7,719 nt of DNA from Octopus sinensis (taxonomy: Eukaryota): NCBI RefSeq assembly GCF_006345805.1, contig NW_021828670.1, forward strand, positions 1 through 7,719. Reading direction: 5' to 3'. Shown here in pieces: positions 1 to 6,221 of this stretch (within the stretch, counting starts at the first letter, position 1; each line of letters starts with the position of its first letter). The notes beneath the pieces are model-generated. The model was not told where the DNA came from. It searched no databases and saw only the letters and a program-made list of their open reading frames with translations. The position numbers and the translations under genes are program-made.

Positions 1-18
1 GCTTTTTCCTTAGGAACC

Positions 19-62
19 ATTATTATTATTATTATTATCATCATTATTATTATTATTATTAT
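19..62. repeat. (ATT)n microsatellite with ATC variants
   Basis: Direct reading: attattattattattattatcatcattattattattattatt. Confidence 0.97.
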
Positions 63-63
63 A

Positions 64-191
64 CCGCCGAGGTCGACTTTGCCTTTAATCGTTTCAGGGT
101 CGATAAAATCAGTACCAGTCAGGTACTGGGGTCGATGTAATCTATTATCTTGTTCTCCCTTAAAATTCCAGGCCTTGGGCCTATAGTAGAA
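64..191 (+). mobile_element. 5'-truncated tRNA-SINE, family 1 (central domain plus tail A)
   Basis: ccgccgaggtcgactttgcctttaatcgtttcagggtcgataaaatcagtaccagt...actggggtcgatgtaatc matches the domain seen in four other places in the window. It starts just after the B-box position and ends ...ccaggccttgggcctatagtagaa. Confidence 0.9.
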
Positions 192-196
192 CTTTA

Positions 197-246
<50 letters not shown>

Positions 247-288
247 TTTGTTGTTGCTGTTGTTGTTAGTGTTTTAGCAGCAGCAGCA
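197..288. repeat. Compound microsatellite: (TAG)16, then short (GTT)n and (GCA)n runs
   Basis: Perfect TAG run at 197-244, followed by ttgttgttgctgttgttgtt and agcagcagcagca. Confidence 0.95.
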
Positions 289-367
289 TTAATATAATAC
301 ACTTTATAAGTTCAGTTGTCAACGACGGATCTACCTGTATGTGCCTCGGGTATATTATATGAGTCTT

Positions 368-425
368 CACACACACACACACCTACACACACATACTCAC
401 ATATACATAATCACACACGCACATA
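368..425. repeat. (CA)n / degenerate CA-TA microsatellite
   Basis: cacacacacacacac followed by interrupted CA/TA repeats. Confidence 0.9.
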
Positions 426-499
426 TAATGCTTGTAACTAACATAAAACGTGTTTTCCGCAGACAAATTACAGTATTCTTTACGTAAAAATAAACTTCA

Positions 500-560
500 T
501 TTGTTTTGTTGTTGTTTTTGTTTTGTTTTGTTTTGTTTTTTGTTTATTTCTTTTTTTTCG
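500..560. repeat. (TTTTG)n low-complexity tract
   Basis: ttgttttgttgttgtttttgttttgttttgttttgttttttgttt followed by T runs. Confidence 0.9.
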
Positions 561-714
561 TTTTTGCTTAAAAAATAGGCCGCATTACTGAGATTACTGG
601 TATTTCTTTAAACCTGCAATCTTATTTGCGTTTGTAATTCAACGTTTTGTTGGCAGATATATTCTCACTTTTCTTCATAAATAATAGCACAGTTTACTAT
701 TATTTCTCAATTAA

Positions 715-905
715 AAGGTGGCGAGCCCTCCGGAGGAAACATTTAGCAGCATTTTGTCCCTTCAAATTCCGCCGAGGTTGACTTTGCCTTTCATCCTTTC
801 GAGATCAATAAAATAAGTACCATTCGAGTACTTGGGTTCATGCAATCAACTTACCCCTTACCCCAAAATTTCAAACCTCATTTCTATATTCTTATAGCAG
901 AAAGC
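715..905 (+). mobile_element. tRNA-SINE family 1, tail A, with two internal deletions in the head
   Basis: Starts aaggtggcgagc, contains ttcaaattccgccgaggttgactttgcctttcatcctttc...ataaaataagtacc, and ends ...tatagcagaaagc. Flanked by a degenerate 16-bp TSD: attatttctcaattaa (699-714) and attatttttcatttaa (906-921), 14/16 identical. Confidence 0.9.
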
Positions 906-1252
906 ATTATTTTTCATTTAATTGATGAGTTGGCTAGAGCGTTAAGGGTTATTGCCACCATATTGAGGGACACCGCGACATATATAACATAAGGAAGAAA
1001 TAATCTTCTGACCGGATTCATTGCTCGAATGGTAGCTAAAGTGTATACTCAGCTAAAGTCACCTAAGGAACATATTTCACTTACTATTTGTGCTATGTCC
1101 ATTGTCAGGCTCATGAACGTTCGATAATAAAAGACTTCCAGAAAACTCACGCGCAAATATTCACGTCTGCTTATTAAAGATTGTTTATCAACAATTTTAT
1201 TTCTGAGTAATTTGTGTAAAGGTTCCTTTCAAAAGTATTGTACTTTATATTG

Positions 1253-1634
1253 GTTTCAAGCTTTGGTACAATCTCGGAGAGGTGGGCTAGTCGATTACAA
1301 CGACTCCGGTACTTAACTGAGAGTTCATTTATCGACGCTGAAAGGATGAAAAGCAAAGTCGACCTCGGCGGAATTTGAACTCATCACGTAAGAACGATCG
1401 AAATACCTATTTCTATTTCTTTACTACCTACAAGGGGCTAAACACAGAGGGGACAAACAAGGACAGACAAACGGATTAACTCGATTATATCGACCCCAGT
1501 ACACAACTGGTACTTCATTTATCGACCCCGAAAGGATGAAAGGCAAAGTCGACCTCGGCGGAATTTGAACTCAGACGAAATACCGCTAAGCATTTCACCC
1601 GGCGTGCTAACGTTTCTGCCAGCTCGCTGCCTTT
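1253..1634 (-). mobile_element. Composite (nested/dimeric) family-1 tRNA-SINE: head, domain, tail B, second domain, tail A'
   Basis: Two copies of atcgac..gaaaggatgaaa.gcaaagtcgacctcggcggaatttgaactc (about 1331-1382 and 1521-1572) and one tRNA head (1585-1634). A perfect 17-bp direct repeat tattgtactttatattg lies at 1236-1252 and 1635-1651. An internal 9-bp repeat cgaaatacc lies at 1399-1407 and 1576-1584. Confidence 0.92.
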
Positions 1635-1898
1635 TATTGTACTTTATATTGAATTATGTTATATGTTGGTTTCACAAACTAAATTTCATAAACATTTTAC
1701 TGAATCCTATCAAGAAATGATTTTTACATACCAATAATCTTTAGCAATATATTTGCGTGCATTCACTTTAGCATTGTTAAACGTTGTCTGAAATGCAGAT
1801 GACTGTAATTCTTATTCTGCCACACGTTTTATTTGAAAAGTTTTTACCATCCTTAAACGTATGTAACGCTTTTCAAGCAGTAGAATTTGATGTCCTGC

Positions 1899-1912
1899 TA
1901 TCATCATTATTA

Positions 1913-1955
<43 letters not shown>

Positions 1956-2105
1956 CAATATTATTATCATTATTACTATCATTATTATTGTCATTATTAT
2001 CATTATCATATTATTATTATTATTATTATTATATTATTTTATTATTATATTATTATTATTATCATTATTATTATTATTATCATTATTATTACTATATTAT
2101 TATTA

Positions 2106-2137
<32 letters not shown>

Positions 2138-2159
2138 TATTATTATTATTATTATATTA

Positions 2160-2190
<31 letters not shown>
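1899..2190. repeat. Long (ATT)n microsatellite, about 290 bp, with ATC/ACT/GTT variants and recurrent ATATT phase shifts
   Basis: Direct reading. It generates the poly-L/Y/I ORFs of the ORF track. Confidence 0.98.
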
Positions 2191-2690
2191 GTGGAGGCGC
2201 AATGGCCCAGTGGTTAGTACAGCGGACTCGCGGTCGTAGGATCGTGGTTTTGATTCCCAGACCGGGCATTTTGAGTGTTTATCTAAAGCTCCACGAGCCT
2301 CCGACAGGGCATGGTGGTGAACCCTGCTGTACTCTTTCATCACAACTTTCTCTTACCCTTTCTTCCTGTTTCTGTTGTACCTGTATTTCAAAGGGCCAGC
2401 ATTGTCACACTCTGTGTAACGCTGATTCTCCCCGAGAACTACGTTAAGGGTACACGTGTCTGTGGAGTGCTCAGCCACTTACACATTAATAAATGAGCTG
2501 CGACGTCACTGGTGCCAAGCTGTATCGGCCTTTGCCTTTCCCTTGGATAACATCGGTGGCGTGGAGAGGGGAGGCCGGTATGCGTGGGCGACTGCTGGTC
2601 TTCCATAAACAACCTTGCCCAGACTTGTGCCTGGGAGGGTCACTTTCTAGGTGCAATCCCATGGTCATTCATGACTGAAGAGGGTCACAA
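2191..2690 (+). mobile_element. tRNA-SINE family 2 (octopus OR-type-like head), long-tail form
   Basis: Pol III A-box TGGCCCAGTGG at 2203-2213 and decayed B-box GGTTTTGATTCCC at 2246-2258. The head and central part align with 4065-4251. It is flanked on both sides by (ATT)n, so no TSD can be resolved. Whether 2491-2690 belongs to the same element is uncertain, and the OR-type family name is from memory. Confidence 0.8.
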
Positions 2691-2728
2691 CAAATTATTA
2701 TTATTATTATTATTCTGCATTAAATTAA

Positions 2729-3096
2729 TCTCTATATATATAAACGGCAAAATGTCTGTCTGTGTGCGTGTGCATCCTTTATACAAATCCACAATTTTTC
2801 AGTTAGAGGGCTCGCACTTTCTATGGTCATTCAAATCCAAGGGTGGTCGTGCACATCTTTACATTTCCATAGTCACCCCGCAAAGCCATTAAAGAATCAA
2901 TAGAAGTGACATTTTTGTGAATTTTTTATCCAAAACCCAATCAAAATGCCCGAAACTTGATATGCCAATTGAATGCTATCTAGCTGTATGTGATTGGTCG
3001 GAGATTTGTACAGTACTCGCGTGTATGTGCGCACGCACGCAGGTGTATATGCATGCACAAGCACTATGACCCGGCGTTGCCGGGTCATAGCGCTAA
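2729..3096 (+). mobile_element. Non-autonomous Helitron (rolling-circle) element, 368 bp
   Basis: 5' A|TCTCTATATATATAAACGGC followed by tgtctgtctgtgtg. Perfect 12-bp subterminal hairpin ctatgacccggc-gtt-gccgggtcatag (3064-3090), then CTAA|T (CTAG-like end at 3093-3096). It sits between A and T with no TSD, the established Helitron signature. Confidence 0.85.
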
Positions 3097-3349
3097 TTCA
3101 TAATATTCCCTTATAGCTATTTCTTGGATAACATCAGATATTTACCATTAATCGGAAACTGTTTGAAGTCAACTATTGATTAGGTAGAGATAGACTTGTA
3201 TGCGCAATATAAAGTGTAAAAATAAGTTAGTTTATACAAATCTACTTTGGAGTCGGTGTTATGTAACACGTGGAAGAAGAATAATCCTACAATTTGTGTC
3301 TCTGACTGCTGAGACTCATTCCTAATCTGATGGCTTCATAAAATATTGA

Positions 3350-4730
3350 TGGTGCAGAAATTACTACATCCTACATCACTATATTTACTCCATGCTAAAG
3401 GAAATTACCCTTCCTCACATCCCTATCATTTATTCCTTCTTGAGCTACGTTCAATCTCCTCTTCTATTCCGGTCCCGGTTTAACAGATATAATCTCCACA
3501 TAGGAGCTTATATTAGCCGAGGAACTCAGAAACTGAAAAACTTCTTGACGGATACAGAAAATAAAACAGTGATTAGGCCAAAATACTTTAGTAAAAACCT
3601 TTCAGAAATAATGTGCATCCAATATTAATTTCAAATAAAGATATCGATTCCATTAAACAGCTAGCTGAGATATCGGATAAAATAATGAAGGTGTTTTCTC
3701 TAAAATCTGATATAGCCAATATCGGAACCAACAAGAAATAATTATATGATGAGAGAAAAAAAACACAATCAATCAATGATTGATATTATTTTATTTATTG
3801 GGGCTAGCGTGAGGTATTACTGAGGAAATTTTTAAGATCATGCTTGCATCAGTAAGGCGTAGATTTCACAATACCTGTCATAAACAGGATGGAAGAAATC
3901 ACAGAATGAATGTATATGACATGGTTGGTGAGCAAAACAAGAATTTGTAGAATGTCTGCTCAAAAACTGAAACAAACATATGAGCAGAACGGCTCAGCTC
4001 TTTCCTGTAGCTATTGCCCTCGTTCTTATTGCCAGCCCTTTCGAAAGACGAAACGAAAAGTATTGGTGGAGGCACACGGCCTAGTGGTTAGAGCAGCGAA
4101 CTCGCGGTCGAGGGATCGTGGTTTCGAATCTCAGACCGGGCGATGCGTGTGTTTATGAGCGAAACACCTAAACTCCACGTGGCTCCGGCAGAAGATAATG
4201 GCGAACTTCTGCTGACTCTTTCGCCACAACTTTCTCTCACTCTTTCCTCCTGCATCTTGCAGTTCACCTGCGACGGACCGGCGTCCCATCCATGTGGGGG
4301 ACCTATACGCCAAGGAAACCGGGAAACTGCGGCCCTTATGAGCCAGGCATGGCTTGAGAAGGAGCAAAAAGCGAAAAGTATTTAACGGAGCCCGTTGTTT
4401 AGACGATTGAAGACAGAGATGATCCTGGATTGTAATTTGGTATCAGGGATTAATCGAGACAGGTTGTGGAAACTCCCCCAACCCCAGCCATTAGGCTTAT
4501 GAGGATATATTTTCAGATTCAACTTTTAACGGAATTATCACCTCCTAGCTACTATATCAGGCATATTCACTTCCTAGCCGAGTAATATGATTCCTCCTTG
4601 ATTCACAGGGGTGGAAACACACCATATCAGTTGTCAGGCATCGAGCAAGTCAGAAGACTAGGGAATCCCAAAAAGGATACTAAGATCTTTATGATAGACA
4701 CAGGCCCCTTACAATACCGCTTGACTGTCA
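3350..4730 (+). pseudogene. Decayed Ty3/gypsy-type LTR retrotransposon gag-protease-early pol fossil
   Basis: Motifs occur in the expected order across frameshifts and stops. Gag-like NVHPILISNKDIDSIKQLAEISDKIMKV starts at 3610 (cf. LPxxVQxIL...L.xLAExADKIME) and is preceded by FLSYVQSPL and QKLKNFLTDTE. A CxxH..GEKTRICR knuckle remnant lies at 3911-3951. Protease-region remnants are FL* (4002), NGA (4384), ILD..GINR..W..QPLG (4422-4496). Then come FLAE* (4571), GVETHHIS (4608), QVRRL (4646) and MIDTG (4691). Motif matching is from memory of the family consensus and the boundaries are approximate. Confidence 0.62.
4065..4371 (+). mobile_element. tRNA-SINE family 2, short-tail form, full length
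   Basis: A-box CGGCCTAGTGG at 4077-4087 and B-box GGTTTCGAATC at 4120-4130. Perfect 11-bp TSD cgaaaagtatt at 4054-4064 and 4372-4382. The head is homologous to the element starting at 2191. Confidence 0.92.
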
Positions 4731-4948
4731 ATATACACAGCATCAGTATCAACTATATATTTATCTGTTGTGTTATTTCGTTTCTTCAAGACATGTTATA
4801 GACTACATGGATACTGGAATGATGGAATTATTTCTAGAGTCAATGTAATCTGTGTTCCATACAACACTCCAACACATTGTGTGGCTGGACGAAATACTAC
4901 AAACACTAAGAACATAAAAAAAAAATTGTAGTGTTTCCATAGGAGTTT

Positions 4949-5170
4949 GTGTACGTGTGTGTATTGTGTGTGTGTACCATCATTGTGTCTATATACATAT
5001 ATATTTTACCAGCTAATATGTATGTATGGATTATGCTTATATAAATATATACATACATACATACATATAAATATGTACACACACATATATATACACACAA
5101 CACATATATATATATATATATATATATCTATATATATATATATATAATATATATACATATATATATACAG
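4949..5170. repeat. Compound (TG)n/(TATG)n/(CATA)n/(CA)n/(TA)n microsatellite field
   Basis: Direct reading. It generates the C/V/Y/I-rich ORFs 4906-5103 and 4947-5147. Confidence 0.93.
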
Positions 5171-5446
5171 AGATAGAGGAGAGAACGATAAGGGGATTTA
5201 TTGTAGTGTCATTCAATCTTTGGTTATCAGAAATACAAACAGGAGGTTTGACTTGAACTCACTTCTAACGACTCGTTGTTGCTCGGTCGTGAAAGAGACG
5301 TTTGGGCGATAAAATAAATGAAAACAAACAAAAAAACTATTCGAACAGCGGGAGTTGTGAACGCTTCAATAAGTCTAGCGGTCTCGTCTTTTGCAATGTC
5401 GTCCCAAGTTTATTGCAACATTTCACCAGATGGAACCATTTCTCAC

Positions 5447-5476
5447 CGATGTCCACATGACTTATCTGTCACCGAA
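5447..5476 (-). other. Candidate 30-nt exon of an unidentified minus-strand host transcript
   Basis: The minus strand reads ttttctattcctttttcag|TTCGGTGACAGATAAGTCATGTGGACATCG|gtgaga. One frame is open (x-SVTDKSCGH-R, symmetric phase 2). Splice motifs are the only evidence. Confidence 0.2.
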
Positions 5477-5616
5477 CTGAAAAAGGAATAGAAAAGTCGG
5501 CTAAAAAATACAGCAATCGACTGTTTCGTATTCAGATACTTAATTTCTTTTTCTTCTAGGGAGAAATGTTTGGAGACAAGTACATACATTTCAACACACA
5601 CAGACGCACAGACGTG

Positions 5617-5617
<1 letters not shown>

Positions 5618-5683
<66 letters not shown>
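5618..5683. repeat. Perfect (ATT)22 microsatellite
   Basis: Direct reading. Confidence 0.98.
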
Positions 5684-5684
<1 letters not shown>

Positions 5685-5685
<1 letters not shown>

Positions 5686-5963
5686 TCAGTTTCCAGAAGT
5701 GAATTATTCAAACACTGAAGAATTCCTCTCAACGCATGGCGATGGTGTTCCCCCACTACTTCTCCTTGTGATCAGAGATGCACATATCGTCAGCCACTAA
5801 GAGACATGCTCAACTGGTTAAGGTCAAACAACTGACAGCAAATCTGTGGTAATGAGCAGAATATTTACTGTAGCTCATATTTTATACCAAGACATGATAA
5901 TATTTCCAATCAGTTAAGATAAGAAGCCATGAGAGCCAGTTCATGGTACTGAATAAGGGAAAG
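5685..5963 (+). mobile_element. Probable interspersed-repeat fragment, possibly the 3' part of a non-LTR retroelement, between two (ATT)n tracts
   Basis: About 280 bp of non-microsatellite sequence bracketed by ATT tracts, like the other retroposons here. I recall gagatgcacatatcgtcagccactaag...ccaatcagttaagat as a recurrent octopus repeat but cannot verify this. No diagnostic protein motif was seen. Confidence 0.45.
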
Positions 5964-5964
5964 T

Positions 5965-5974
5965 ATTATTATTA

Positions 5975-6033
<59 letters not shown>
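5965..6033. repeat. (ATT)n microsatellite with one ATC
   Basis: Direct reading. Confidence 0.97.
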
Positions 6034-6036
<3 letters not shown>

Positions 6037-6221
6037 TGCGCGCCTAAGCGAAAGCAGGGTGTTGTAGTCACTCGTTTTTTGTTTGTCTGTGCTTTTGCAA
6101 AATTACTGGTAACCGGCTGAACGGATTTTCACCACATTTGGCAGACATACTCATTGGGTGAGTGGTTCGAAATGACGAACATTTGGTTTGATTTATCTTT
6201 AAAAAAGAAAAAAAAACATTT

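Noticed and set aside
1079-1170. Minus-strand exon ending at an ATA|gtaagt donor (1085)
   Set aside because: There is no convincing polypyrimidine acceptor upstream and no informative reading frame. Isolated donors are common by chance.
2191-2265. tRNA genes at the SINE heads (also 4065-4140, 1570-1634 and 6475-6554)
   Set aside because: A and B boxes are present, but there is no complete cloverleaf or Pol III T-run terminator. The heads run into SINE bodies, several with TSDs.
1784-2447. ORFs 1784-2239, 1812-2009, 1887-2447 and 2152-2343 (poly-L/Y/I/N)
   Set aside because: They are translations of the stop-free frames of the (ATT)n tract plus the SINE head.
2529-2539. ctttgcctttc shared between the family-2 long tail and the family-1 domain
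   Set aside because: It is only 11 bp of pyrimidine-rich sequence and the similarity does not extend.
2311-2892. 60-102 aa ORFs over 2311-2892
   Set aside because: They lie within SINE, microsatellite and Helitron sequence, cross element boundaries, and have no recognisable domain.
3392-4801. ORFs 3392-3628, 3910-4158, 4143-4385 and 4598-4801 as functional genes
   Set aside because: They are better explained as frameshifted pieces of the gypsy fossil and the SINE, and each matches the motifs only in part.
5540-5562. CCCTAGAAG on the minus strand resembling a piggyBac terminus
   Set aside because: There is no flanking TTAA and no matching opposite terminus.
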